Both the position numbers and the translations under genes were made by a program. The notes under the pieces are model-generated. The model had not been told where the DNA came from. It was given only the letters and a program-made list of their open reading frames with translations, and did no database searches. DNA of 64,000 bases from an uncultured bacterium (GTDB taxonomy: Bacteria > Krumholzibacteriota > Krumholzibacteriia > LZORAL124-64-63): assembly GCA_963727525.1 (NCBI GenBank), contig CAVSGO010000005.1:128001-192000 (forward strand), in the 5' to 3' direction. Below, in pieces: positions 49,532 to 59,145 of this stretch (positions within the stretch are counted from its first letter, which is position 1; every line of letters begins with the position of its first letter).

Positions 49532-50476
49532 CTAGTCGCGCGTAAGAGCGAGATCGTCCACCTGCAGCACCACGGTGTCGGCAGGTGACGCCACGTAGAA
49601 CAGCAGCCCGTGCATCATTGCCAGTTCGAGCGGGCGGTCCCCGTGGTGCGTGCGCAGCGATGGCAGATCGATCGCGAACCGTTGCCACTGCCGGCCCGTC
49701 CGCACGCGCCGAAATGCGAAGTCGTGGTCCTCGTGATAGCTGTCGTCGTCGAGCCGGACCATCACGTTCACACTGTCGGTGGGCGCCTGCATCACACGCA
49801 CCGCGCCCGTGAGCCGCGGGTAGCCCGACCAGTCGCGTGGGAAGCCGCGCATCTGCACGCCCGGATACGGGATGGGCGGCAGCACCGCGCGCAGCACGCG
49901 GCCGTGCGCAGGATCACCACTGTTCACCACCTGCATCGCGGCCCCGTTGCTCGGGCCCCACAGGGCGCCGGCGTGGGCGTCGTGAAAGTCGGCCAGGCGC
50001 GGAAACTCCTGCCGCGACACCGCCTGCGCGAGCAGGAGGCGCGGGATGAACCGCAATTGCCAGGGCACCAGCAGCGCCAGCGCGATCCCGGCCGCCAGCG
50101 CGATCCAGGAGCGCCAGCGGCGATACACGAGCCAGCAGCCGGCGATGCCGATCCCGACGAGATCGAGGCTGAAGTCGCGCCAGCGCGCGCTGCGGCTGGT
50201 GAGGAGCTGAAGGAACTCGATGCCCCCGCCCAGCAGCATCGCCAGGATCACGCCCAGGACGATGGCCCGTACCGGTCCGCAGCGCCGCGCGGCCAGATAG
50301 GCGAAGACCAGCGTGGCCAGGCCGAGCAGAACCACATGCACGCGGTCGCCGAGGGCGGCGATCACGAGGTTGCGCTCGAGCACCCGCGGAATGGGGACCA
50401 GAAAGACGGCGAGAAAGACCGCTGCGACGAGCAGCCACCAGGGCCGCGGCCGCAACGGGGATCGAGGTTCAGCCAT
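49532..50476 (-). CDS. VanZ-like membrane protein with a C-terminal beta-sandwich (CBM-like) domain
   Basis: IEFLQ...RSARWRDF..D..G; DWSGY..L; overlaps the phosphoesterase stop. Confidence 0.7.
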   Translation of the reverse strand: MAEPRSPLRPRPWWLLVAAVFLAVFLVPIPRVLERNLVIAALGDRVHVVLLGLATLVFAYLAARRCGPVRAIVLGVILAMLLGGGIEFLQLLTSRSARWRDFSLDLVGIGIAGCWLVYRRWRSWIALAAGIALALLVPWQLRFIPRLLLAQAVSRQEFPRLADFHDAHAGALWGPSNGAAMQVVNSGDPAHGRVLRAVLPPIPYPGVQMRGFPRDWSGYPRLTGAVRVMQAPTDSVNVMVRLDDDSYHEDHDFAFRRVRTGRQWQRFAIDLPSLRTHHGDRPLELAMMHGLLFYVASPADTVVLQVDDLALTRD

Positions 50477-51851
50477 TGGCACCGTCGCGCTCGATGGCCC
50501 AGTGCCACAGCTCGGGATACTGCGTCTTCGTCTTCTGCTTGTGGGTGGTGACCATCTCGTTCGCCGCCAGCTCGAAGAGTTTCTGCTGCGGAGACTTGAG
50601 CGGGTGTGCGTCGCCCAGCACCTCCACCGACTGGATCGCCACGTCCGGCACGCGCGGCGTGGCCACGCGCGGGGTGGCGAGGTTGAGCACATCACCGATG
50701 CTGGTGATGCCGGCATCCCGCCGCCGGTTCACCACGTCGTTGTACCCCCGCGACCGCGGGGCGAAGAGCTGCGCGAGGAACTGCAGGATCGACGTGTGGT
50801 CGAGCGGCTCCTTGTAGACGGTGCGCGAGGCCACGAGCGGCGAGACGATGATGCCCGGCACCCGCACTCCGGTGGTGGTGAAGGCCGGGTACTCGGCGGC
50901 GGGGCGCGGATCATAAGGGATGTTCAGCGGCGGCACGTGATCGTAGAAGCCACCATGCTCATCGTAGTAGACCACCATCATCGTCTTCGCCCAGCGCCCT
51001 GGGTTCGCCGTGAGCGCGCGATAGATGAGGCGCTGGAAGTGCTCGCCGGGCGCCACGGGCAATGGCGCGTGGTTATCGTTGGGCTTGTCGGTGCCCAGGT
51101 GCGGCGCATCGCCGTAGGACGGCTCGATGATGATCACCTGCGGGAACGTGTCGTCGGACTCGGAAAGCACGTCCAAGGCCAGATGCTCGAAGCGCTTGAA
51201 ATTCTTGCTCAGCACATGCTTGAACGCCCCCAGCAAGGTGAAGAACGACAGGCCGTCGTGGTACACGCGCCAGCGAACGTCATGGGCGTCGAGCCAGTCG
51301 AGAAGCGTGTCGTCGCGCGGCGGCAGCACGCTGCCGGTGTGGTCCACGTGAGCGGAACCCGTCCAGGCCATCAGGCGATTGGGCAGCGTGCTCGTGGGCA
51401 GCGCGGAGAAGAAGCGATCGCACACGGCGAAGTTCGAGGCCAGGAAGGACGTGATCGGCACCTCGTTCGGTGGATAGAATCCCAGGGGCTCGGGCGTGCG
51501 CGTCCAGTTCACCGTGGTGTGCTGGTAGTAGGCCTCCACGAAGCCGCGCATGGTATGGCGGCCGGAGGTGCGGCTGAAGGCGAGTTGCTTCGCCACCTCC
51601 TCGCGCTCGTGGGGCAGGTCGCTGGGCAGGATGCCGTCGCGCATCGTGAACGGGTAGTACGGCTGGGTCGCGTAGGGATTCTCATACGCCGGCTGGTCGA
51701 GCGGATCGCGCAGCCCATCCACCTGCAGACCGGTGTCGAACTGCCGGTAGCTGAGATGCCCGAGCATGTGGTCGAAGCTGCGGTTCTCCATCATGACCAG
51801 CACGACGGTGTCCACCAGCTTGCGAATCTGCTTCAGATCGAGCGCGGGCAT
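50469..51851 (-). CDS. Phospholipase C/acid phosphatase (phosphoesterase family)
   Basis: MMENRSFDHMLG, TLPNR, YDEHGGFYDHVPP, GVRVP, DHTSIL. Confidence 0.92.
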   Translation of the reverse strand: MPALDLKQIRKLVDTVVLVMMENRSFDHMLGHLSYRQFDTGLQVDGLRDPLDQPAYENPYATQPYYPFTMRDGILPSDLPHEREEVAKQLAFSRTSGRHTMRGFVEAYYQHTTVNWTRTPEPLGFYPPNEVPITSFLASNFAVCDRFFSALPTSTLPNRLMAWTGSAHVDHTGSVLPPRDDTLLDWLDAHDVRWRVYHDGLSFFTLLGAFKHVLSKNFKRFEHLALDVLSESDDTFPQVIIIEPSYGDAPHLGTDKPNDNHAPLPVAPGEHFQRLIYRALTANPGRWAKTMMVVYYDEHGGFYDHVPPLNIPYDPRPAAEYPAFTTTGVRVPGIIVSPLVASRTVYKEPLDHTSILQFLAQLFAPRSRGYNDVVNRRRDAGITSIGDVLNLATPRVATPRVPDVAIQSVEVLGDAHPLKSPQQKLFELAANEMVTTHKQKTKTQYPELWHWAIERDGANG

Positions 51852-51860
51852 GAGCGTCCC

Positions 51861-52508
51861 CTATTCGCCGCACGTGAGGGTCACCTGCAGGCGCAGCACC
51901 TCGGCTGGCGCGTGCTCCGGATCCCCGATGACTTCCAGAGGCAAGAGCCTCGCCGTCAATGTCCACGTCCCTCCGTACGGGAGGTCCGCCAGCGCGTCGG
52001 ACACCGCCCCCACCGCCAGCTCGGCGGTGCGTCCACCGTGCGTGACGATGACGGGTCGGTCCGACGTGTTCGCCACGCGCGCGATGCGCAGCGTGTCGTC
52101 CCAGTCGTGCTCCGGTGCCATCCCCACGGCCTTGAGACCGCCCGTGGCGTCGTCAGGCTCGGTGGAGACCGCGAGCGGAAGCGAGGCCGCCGTGTCGTAC
52201 ACCACCACTTCCTGCGTGGCGTGGATCTCCTTGCCTCCCCGCGTCACCCGCAGGGTGAAGCGCGTCGTCGTCTGCGGCGCGAGCGCGAGCGAACCTGTCG
52301 CATCCACGGGACCGGCGTCGGCAATCGTCGGTTCGGCCTCGAGAACAGCGTCGCCCGTCACCGACCACGACAGGGTGGTCGTCTGGTCCCGACAGATCTG
52401 GTTGGGGTCGGCATCGAATTGGACGATCTTGGGTGATGTGCAGGACGACAGGAGGACGACGCCCAGCAGGAGGACGGGTAGGCCGAGGCGAGGACGAGCG
52501 TGTCTCAC
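51861..52508 (-). CDS. Hypothetical lipoprotein with an Ig-like domain
   Basis: Lipobox LLSSC; TTLSWSV. Confidence 0.7.
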   Translation of the reverse strand: MRHARPRLGLPVLLLGVVLLSSCTSPKIVQFDADPNQICRDQTTTLSWSVTGDAVLEAEPTIADAGPVDATGSLALAPQTTTRFTLRVTRGGKEIHATQEVVVYDTAASLPLAVSTEPDDATGGLKAVGMAPEHDWDDTLRIARVANTSDRPVIVTHGGRTAELAVGAVSDALADLPYGGTWTLTARLLPLEVIGDPEHAPAEVLRLQVTLTCGE

Positions 52509-52561
52509 GGCGACTCCAGTTCGTCAGGGAACGGACGGCCGGCAAGATCCAGGCAAGGTCA

Positions 52562-53983
52562 ATGAACCGTAGGCTAGCGAATCCAACGGCAAGCGGCAAC
52601 CGCCATTTCCGACTGCATAGATCCTTTATATGGTCGGCCCTGTTCGCGCTACTTCTCGGCGGCTGCGCCGACGAGTCCATCACACCGCCATCGCCGCCGG
52701 ATACGCCCGATTACACCTTCGACGGCGCCATGCCGCGCAACGTGCTTGTGAGCTATCTCACGCGCGCCATGACCATGAGCGACCTCTGCCTCGACGACGA
52801 TTGGCCGAACCAGGCTTGGGACGCCAACCTCGCCATGATCGCGCGGCTGCGCCCCATGCTGCTCAGCCGCGTGATCTACGCCTGGGGCTGGGAAGACGAG
52901 TACCTCGATCGGATGGGTGAACTGGCGACCCGGACCGCGGCAATCCACGCCATCGATCCCCGGATCATTCTGCAGGGCGCCATCTTCGAGTTCGTGAGCG
53001 AACGGATCGAGCAGGTGCCGGTGCCCGCCGCCGTGCAGGCGGCCTTCGGCCTCACGCCGGTGGCGCGTACCTACGACCTCGACCGCATGCGGCCCGAGCA
53101 GGGCGACGCATACGAGTATGCCGGGTGGCCCTTTGTCGCCATCCAGCCCGACATCACCCGTCTCGAGACCCAGATGTGGTACTACCAGCTCGCCACGCGC
53201 TACATCGACGCCGGACTCGAGGCCATCCATCTGGGCGCCTTCCCGGCGGTCGCCAGCCACGACCATGGCTACGTCCAGACTCAGGCCCTGCTGCAGCGCA
53301 TCCGCGCATACGCCGGCGACCACGCCCGCCGCCACTGGGTGCTGCTCGACGCGCACACGCACGGCATGACCTGCGGCAAGCAACTGCTGCTCGACTTTCA
53401 TTCCTGGCCGCTGCGCCCACGCGAGATCGCCGGCGCTGCCGACCAGGACGCCACGCTGCAAGCCGGCTACCTCGACGCGATCTACGGCCGCAGCCAGGGC
53501 GGGGTGACGCCCGCGGGCTGGTACGCGCACAGCCTGCCCTTCCTGGTGGAGTTCGACAACGGCTACGCCGGCGGCATTGCCGGCGCCTGCAACCTTCCCG
53601 AGTGCGTGTGGGGCAACGACGAGATCACATGGTTCGCCGAGCAATCCCGCACGCGCCGCGATGCGATCCTGCGCAACTTCGCCGCCCAGGTGCGCGCGCT
53701 CGACCCCGACGGCTGGCTCGCGATGCCCGGCATGCGGCCCATCGTTCCGCGCGACGGCGGCGACTGTCCGTTCTACTTCCTGGTGGACGAGAGTGCTTTT
53801 CCGGACGGGGGAAGTCAGGAGAATGCCGTGGCAAGCATCTGGGATGCGACGACCGATACCTTGCGCGAGAGAGAGGGCCCGGGTGCTGATCCGGGCCCCC
53901 CGGTTGGCCGCTGTGCGCGAAGGGAATCACGGATGCGGCCTCGGCATCCATCCCATTGGACGCCGGAGGCCACGGGAAGGTAA
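52562..53983 (+). CDS. Hypothetical lipoprotein, possibly glycoside-hydrolase-like TIM barrel
   Basis: Lipobox LLGGC; Pro-rich linker; protein-like composition. Confidence 0.7.
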   Translation: MNRRLANPTASGNRHFRLHRSFIWSALFALLLGGCADESITPPSPPDTPDYTFDGAMPRNVLVSYLTRAMTMSDLCLDDDWPNQAWDANLAMIARLRPMLLSRVIYAWGWEDEYLDRMGELATRTAAIHAIDPRIILQGAIFEFVSERIEQVPVPAAVQAAFGLTPVARTYDLDRMRPEQGDAYEYAGWPFVAIQPDITRLETQMWYYQLATRYIDAGLEAIHLGAFPAVASHDHGYVQTQALLQRIRAYAGDHARRHWVLLDAHTHGMTCGKQLLLDFHSWPLRPREIAGAADQDATLQAGYLDAIYGRSQGGVTPAGWYAHSLPFLVEFDNGYAGGIAGACNLPECVWGNDEITWFAEQSRTRRDAILRNFAAQVRALDPDGWLAMPGMRPIVPRDGGDCPFYFLVDESAFPDGGSQENAVASIWDATTDTLREREGPGADPGPPVGRCARRESRMRPRHPSHWTPEATGR

Positions 53984-54015
53984 CAGCGGGATCGACCCAT
54001 GGTGCGGGCCGATGA

Positions 54016-54837
54016 CTACAGCGATACCCGCAACACGTTCTTCAGCGCCAGCCCGGCGGCCAGCGAGAGCACCATGAACGCCACCAGCCACGACATCTCG
54101 ATGCCGAGGTAGCGCGTGTGGCGCGCCGGGAGTTGCAACGTCATCGCGGCGAGGGCGCCATCGCGCGGCAGCGACGGCGCACCGGGGGCGAGCAGCGGGG
54201 CGAGGGTGTGCGCGGAGCTCGTCTCGTTCAAGCGCGGCAGATCGCCATCGACCATGAGAGTGCGCCGTCCCACCTCAGTGCCATCGAGCATCACGCGCAG
54301 ATCGTGCCGGCCGACGCTGCCGGCGCCCAGACGCCAGGCTGCGGCGCCAGTGACGCGGTCGCGTACCGGACCCGCCTGCACCGTCACCGGCGACGGCACT
54401 TCGAGCTGGAGATCGGACACGCGGTCCCGCTGACCCGGCGCGAGCGTCACCGTGAACACCGCGGGTTCGTCCACGCGCAGGGGCCGGTGCGCGAAGTGGC
54501 TGTCGAGCTGCGCGAGCGTAATCACCATGGGCACGGCGAGGGCGAGCAGCGCAGGCAGGCTGAGCGCGAGATAGCGGAGGTTGGCCTTCGCGAGGTCACG
54601 CTGGATGCGGCCCACCACCGAGAGATGCTCCTGGTACAGCCCCATCTCGAAGATGTGGCCGGTGAGGCGGTCGCGCGCGGCCACGAGCCGCTTCTGGGGC
54701 GTGACGGCCTTGAACAGCAGCAGGGCCCACACCGACGTCACGGCGCTCACGAATAGCATCGCCCACGCGGCGTGCGCCGCGAACGGCCGCACGAGCAGGT
54801 CGAAGAGACCGTTGATGGTTTGGCTGATCATCGTCAT
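54016..54837 (-). CDS. Membrane protein resembling EMC3/TMCO1/DUF106 (Oxa1 superfamily), with an inserted soluble domain
   Basis: TM1, charged coiled-coil, TM2 ..P..L..VP, beta-rich insert, then terminal TM WLVAF..LS...G..LK. Confidence 0.6.
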   Translation of the reverse strand: MTMISQTINGLFDLLVRPFAAHAAWAMLFVSAVTSVWALLLFKAVTPQKRLVAARDRLTGHIFEMGLYQEHLSVVGRIQRDLAKANLRYLALSLPALLALAVPMVITLAQLDSHFAHRPLRVDEPAVFTVTLAPGQRDRVSDLQLEVPSPVTVQAGPVRDRVTGAAAWRLGAGSVGRHDLRVMLDGTEVGRRTLMVDGDLPRLNETSSAHTLAPLLAPGAPSLPRDGALAAMTLQLPARHTRYLGIEMSWLVAFMVLSLAAGLALKNVLRVSL

Positions 54838-54845
54838 GGCTCGCG

Positions 54846-55043
54846 TCAGGAGATGTAGCCCAGACCCTGCATGCGCCGACGGATCTCTTCCTCCGTATCG
54901 CCGCCCTTCTCGAACTTCGCGATCTCTCGCTCGACGATGTGCTTCACGAACTCCTCGGGCGAGGCGTAGCCGGCGATCCCGCTGTACTTCTTCACCTTCT
55001 CGAGAAGCTCCTTGTCGAGCTTGATCTTGTCGCCGCCGAACAT
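54846..55043 (-). CDS. 65-aa ribbon-helix-helix-like protein ending in RRRMQGLGYIS
   Basis: GAGGAG RBS; IKLDKELLEKV...GY.S.EEFV. Confidence 0.8.
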   Translation of the reverse strand: MFGGDKIKLDKELLEKVKKYSGIAGYASPEEFVKHIVEREIAKFEKGGDTEEEIRRRMQGLGYIS

Positions 55044-55060
55044 CGTGGTCTCCTCTCTCG

Positions 55061-57019
55061 CTAGCGGTCGCGGAACAGATCGCCCCCGACCATATCGGCC
55101 GGTGGGGTGATGCCGAAGAGCCCGAGGATCGTGGGCGCCATGTCCACCAGCGCGGGATCCGCGCGGCGGATGGGCCGGTTGGCCATGATGATGCCCGGCA
55201 CCTCATCGGCGGCGATGCAGTGGTCGCCGCTCCACTTCAGCATGTTGTCCTCGAACTCCATCTCCGGGATCTGACCCAGCGCTGATTCGTTGCTGCCGCG
55301 CCAGCCGCGGTAGTAGCCCACATCGATGTCGGGCCCGCGGCCGGCCATGTCCCCATGGTACACCTGATCGGCACGGTAGGCGTGCTTGATCGCGCGGCGG
55401 CCGTCGAGGGGATCAACCACTGCCTCGAGGCCCGTGCACAGCTCGGCGAGCAGGGCCTCCTGCGCCGCGCCCGGCGGCACGATGCCGTGGGCTTCGCGGC
55501 CGGCGAGGTTCAGGTACAGCCCATTGATGCCCACGGCGTAGGCGCGCGAGCGCGACCAGTCGACACCCTGCAGCAGGTCCACCTGCGCCTGATCGACACC
55601 GTCCTTCAGCACGAGGTAGCCGTGGTCCAGCAGCCAGGTATTGAGGTGGAAGGCGCGGTTCCAGGGTGCGAAGCCGTGGTCGCTCATCACCATGATCACG
55701 GCGTCGTCGCCGGCACGATCCATGGCAAGGCCGAGCACACCGTCGAGCTCCCGGTACACGTCGCGGATGCGCTGCGCTTGGCGCGGGTCGCTCGCCGCAT
55801 GGGTGGGCGAGTCGGGATCCATGTTCCGCCACGTCATGTGGCAGGTCTGATCCGGCGAATTGTAATAGAAGAAGAGGAAGCCCGACTTCAACGTGGCGAA
55901 ACGATCCAGCTCGTGGCGAAGCTCGTGCGTGCGCTCCTGGAGCACGAGGTCGCTCTGCTGCACATACTGGTCGTCGGTGAGGAACCCGTTTTCCAGGCCG
56001 CTCGTGTCATCGGGCAGCCCCTGCGTGTAATATGGGCCCACGGCCTCGGCCAGGTCGCGGCTGTAGCCGTCGGGCGTGCTGATGGGCATCTCCGGGTGGG
56101 CAGGATCGATCTGCACCGGCGTGACGTAGAGGCGCAGCGTCGGCTCGATCGAGATGAGGTAGAAGCGGCAGATTCCGTGCACCGTCTTCAGCAGCGGCAC
56201 CATCGGATAGCCGATGCTCACCCAGTCGCTCCACTCGCCCTCGCGAAGCACGATCTCGGTACCGTCCACGTCGAGCCAGGCGTTGCGCGATTGCGAGTCG
56301 ACGGTGCCGTTCACCACGACCTTCGCTTCCGGATCGCCGGTGCGCCACGTGTTCGCCGGACCGGGCAGCGAGGCCGTGAACCGACCCTTGCGCACGAACA
56401 CAGCGTCCACGCGGCCGCCGGCGAGGTCGCGCTTGATCGGCGGGTCGTCGGTGATCAGGGTGGAGATACCGTAGTTGCCGGTGATGTCGGGCGTGCCCAT
56501 GCCCGACAGGCTGCGCGCCTCGCACTCCACGGGCGGAAAATTCGACGGCACCTTGAAGATCGTCGCATCCACGCCGGCATCGGCGAGGATCTGCCAGAAT
56601 GCGGTACCGTGGCGCAGGTTGCGCACGTCGCCGCCCTCGCGCGGCAGTTTCCACTTGCCCAGATGGATGAACCGCGTGGGGCCCTTGGCCTCGCTCGCCG
56701 AGAAGAACGGCATCAGGGTGACCGGGTCGCGGTGGATGAAATCGAAGATCCCATGGCCGCCCGGATCGCGTCCGGTGATGAAATTGGACCACGCTACCGG
56801 CGACTGCGGCGGGATCGACGTGCCGAACGCGCTCAGGCTGCCGCCCTCCGCCAGGAAGCGGTCGAAATTGGGCATGGCGCCCTCGGCGCGGAATCGCGCC
56901 AGTAGTTGCGGATCCATGCCGTCGAACCCGAGCACGAGCACGCGCGGGCCGTCGGCCGCCTGCGCGACCGCGCCGGCAAGCAGCGCGATGAGGATGAACG
57001 CTCCGGCCAGCCGCTTCAA
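55061..57019 (-). CDS. Type I phosphodiesterase/nucleotide pyrophosphatase (alkaline phosphatase superfamily), exported
   Basis: TTG start overlapping the upstream TGA with a GGAGG RBS; signal peptide; LGFDG, SPVAWS..TG, DQTCH, SDHGF, WSGDH. Confidence 0.9.
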   Translation of the reverse strand: MKRLAGAFILIALLAGAVAQAADGPRVLVLGFDGMDPQLLARFRAEGAMPNFDRFLAEGGSLSAFGTSIPPQSPVAWSNFITGRDPGGHGIFDFIHRDPVTLMPFFSASEAKGPTRFIHLGKWKLPREGGDVRNLRHGTAFWQILADAGVDATIFKVPSNFPPVECEARSLSGMGTPDITGNYGISTLITDDPPIKRDLAGGRVDAVFVRKGRFTASLPGPANTWRTGDPEAKVVVNGTVDSQSRNAWLDVDGTEIVLREGEWSDWVSIGYPMVPLLKTVHGICRFYLISIEPTLRLYVTPVQIDPAHPEMPISTPDGYSRDLAEAVGPYYTQGLPDDTSGLENGFLTDDQYVQQSDLVLQERTHELRHELDRFATLKSGFLFFYYNSPDQTCHMTWRNMDPDSPTHAASDPRQAQRIRDVYRELDGVLGLAMDRAGDDAVIMVMSDHGFAPWNRAFHLNTWLLDHGYLVLKDGVDQAQVDLLQGVDWSRSRAYAVGINGLYLNLAGREAHGIVPPGAAQEALLAELCTGLEAVVDPLDGRRAIKHAYRADQVYHGDMAGRGPDIDVGYYRGWRGSNESALGQIPEMEFEDNMLKWSGDHCIAADEVPGIIMANRPIRRADPALVDMAPTILGLFGITPPADMVGGDLFRDR

Positions 57020-59145
57020 CGCGCGCCTCCTGACCCGTTGGCGAAGATGCTGCGTCCGGTCATGTACGGCGGCGTGGCCAGGCCGAGCAGATCGAGTACC
57101 GTGGGCGCCAGATCCTCGAGGGACGGCCTGGGTATCGTGAACGGCACCGTCGAGAAGAGCACGCCGGGCACCTGGCGCGGATCCATGCAGTGGTCGCCTG
57201 ACCAGCTCCGCGTGTTGTCGCAGACCACGGCATTCGTGACTCCGCCCACAACCGCGTCCCAGTCGGCCCGGTACCCGGGCTTGTAGCCCACCACCACGTC
57301 GGGCCCGTTCTCGCGATATGGCCCGGAGTAGACCTCCTCGCAGGCCCAGAGGTCGGCGATGGCGGGGCCGGGCCACGCGGGATCGGGATCGGGCAAGCCG
57401 CGCAGCCTGGCGATGAGTTCTTGCTTGAGCGCCGGCGCGTCGTCGGGATCCACGCAGCCGTCTTGCTCGCGGCCCTGGATATTCAGGTAAAAGCCCGTGA
57501 GGCCATTCGTGTAGGCGCGGGTACGCGGCCAGTCGATCTCGCTCACCTCGTGACGCACACCTTGGGGGATGGGCGGCAACGGACCCGTGGCCGGATCGCT
57601 CTTGAGGAAGAGGTAGCCTTGCTCGCGGAACCAGGCGTTCAGGTTCACGCCGCGCTTGAAGGGCTTGAAACCGTGGTCGGAGCAGATAAGCAGCACGTCG
57701 CGCGGATGCAGCTTCGCGAGCGTGCGTCCCACGAGGTCGTCGGCGCGGCGATAGAGGTCGTCGATCGTGTCCTTGTGCTTCTCGGTATCCTTGCCGCGAT
57801 TCGCGGGGTGGTCGGCGTCGCGGTAGCGGAAGAACATGTGCTGGATACGATCGGTGGCGTCGAAGACCACCGAGACCACGCCGTCCGGCTGGCGGTCGAG
57901 GGCGTGGAAGAACTGCGCCTCGCGCTCGGCATGGATGCCCCAGGCCTGGTCGAGGAAACCCTGCTCGTCGAGCACGCGCTCGTTCAGGGCCCAGGTATCT
58001 TCCGCGAGGCCGAGGGTGGCGAAACGCCCCTGTAGCCTGGCCAGCGTCATGGCCAGGTGCGGCGGATTGCTCAGCGGCAGCGCCGGCTTCTGCGGGTCGA
58101 TGTGCACCGGCGACACGTAGAACGAGAAGTGCGGCGCAAAGCTCGTGACACGCACCTTGCAGATGCCGTGGGCGGCCAGGCGTCCGCTCTGGAAGCGTAC
58201 CGTGATCCAGTCGGAGTAGGTATCCGGCCCGAGCGTGAAGGTCTCGTCGCCGATGCGGAAGTCGGCGCGCTGGGCGGCGCGGTCCACCGTCACGGCCACG
58301 GGTACCGTGAGTTCGCCCTGGCCGGAGGGATGGTCGGGGCCGATGAGGTCGGCCGTGAAGCGCCCCCCGCCAGTGGGCACGAGCGTCAGGCGCACGCCGC
58401 CGACCGTCTCGCCGTCCTTCGGCGCTTCGCCGGGCTCGGTGTAGTGCGAGAACGTGCCCTGGGTGCCGCGCAGATCCGGCACGCACATGGCGGAGAGCTG
58501 CTTGCCGCTGAACTTGTCGGGCGGGAACGTGATCGGGATGCGCAGGATCGAGCTGGCGATGCCCGCCTCGCCACACACCGTCCAGAACGGCTTGGAACGG
58601 CGCAGTAGCTCGTACTTCGGTCCGCCACCGGGCAGGCGGATGGGCCCCAGCTTGCGCCCCGCGCCGCGATGCAGCCGCGTGGACGACAGGATAGGCAGGT
58701 GGGTGGCGCGGTCGCGCGACAGGAAGTCGAAGATATTGTGCCGCGAGGCGTCCACGCCCGTCGCGAAGGTGGACCAGCCCACCGGCGACATGGCCGGGTA
58801 CGTCGTTACTAGCGGTCGGAAACCGCCGCTCTCCTTGATGGCGCGCAGGTTCGGCAGCTCGCCGCGCCGCCACATCTGCCGCACGATGCCGGGATCGACC
58901 CCGTCGAGCCCCAGCACCACCACCCGCCGCGCCCGTGCCTTGCGGTGCCGGCCGCGGCCGCGGATCGACCGCACCACCACGCGCACCGGCCACAGCACAA
59001 TGGCCGCCACGGCGAGAAAGGCTCCCGCGATGGCGAAAAGGAACGACCCGCCCAGCGCGAACCCGGCGCCCGGCCCGATGTAGGCGGGCACGGCGACGAC
59101 GCCGAGGTGCAAGGCTACGATACCGGTAAGAACGGACACGAGCAT
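57016..59145 (-). CDS. Type I phosphodiesterase/NPP with an N-terminal AYIGPG motif + TM anchor
   Basis: AYIGPGAG then TM; LGLDG, SPVGWS..TG, DRIQH, SDHGF, WSGDH. Confidence 0.9.
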   Translation of the reverse strand: MLVSVLTGIVALHLGVVAVPAYIGPGAGFALGGSFLFAIAGAFLAVAAIVLWPVRVVVRSIRGRGRHRKARARRVVVLGLDGVDPGIVRQMWRRGELPNLRAIKESGGFRPLVTTYPAMSPVGWSTFATGVDASRHNIFDFLSRDRATHLPILSSTRLHRGAGRKLGPIRLPGGGPKYELLRRSKPFWTVCGEAGIASSILRIPITFPPDKFSGKQLSAMCVPDLRGTQGTFSHYTEPGEAPKDGETVGGVRLTLVPTGGGRFTADLIGPDHPSGQGELTVPVAVTVDRAAQRADFRIGDETFTLGPDTYSDWITVRFQSGRLAAHGICKVRVTSFAPHFSFYVSPVHIDPQKPALPLSNPPHLAMTLARLQGRFATLGLAEDTWALNERVLDEQGFLDQAWGIHAEREAQFFHALDRQPDGVVSVVFDATDRIQHMFFRYRDADHPANRGKDTEKHKDTIDDLYRRADDLVGRTLAKLHPRDVLLICSDHGFKPFKRGVNLNAWFREQGYLFLKSDPATGPLPPIPQGVRHEVSEIDWPRTRAYTNGLTGFYLNIQGREQDGCVDPDDAPALKQELIARLRGLPDPDPAWPGPAIADLWACEEVYSGPYRENGPDVVVGYKPGYRADWDAVVGGVTNAVVCDNTRSWSGDHCMDPRQVPGVLFSTVPFTIPRPSLEDLAPTVLDLLGLATPPYMTGRSIFANGSGGAR

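Noticed and set aside
47405-52436. Long plus-strand ORFs (697 and 707 aa)
   Set aside because: Antisense shadows of the TonB receptor and phosphoesterase genes
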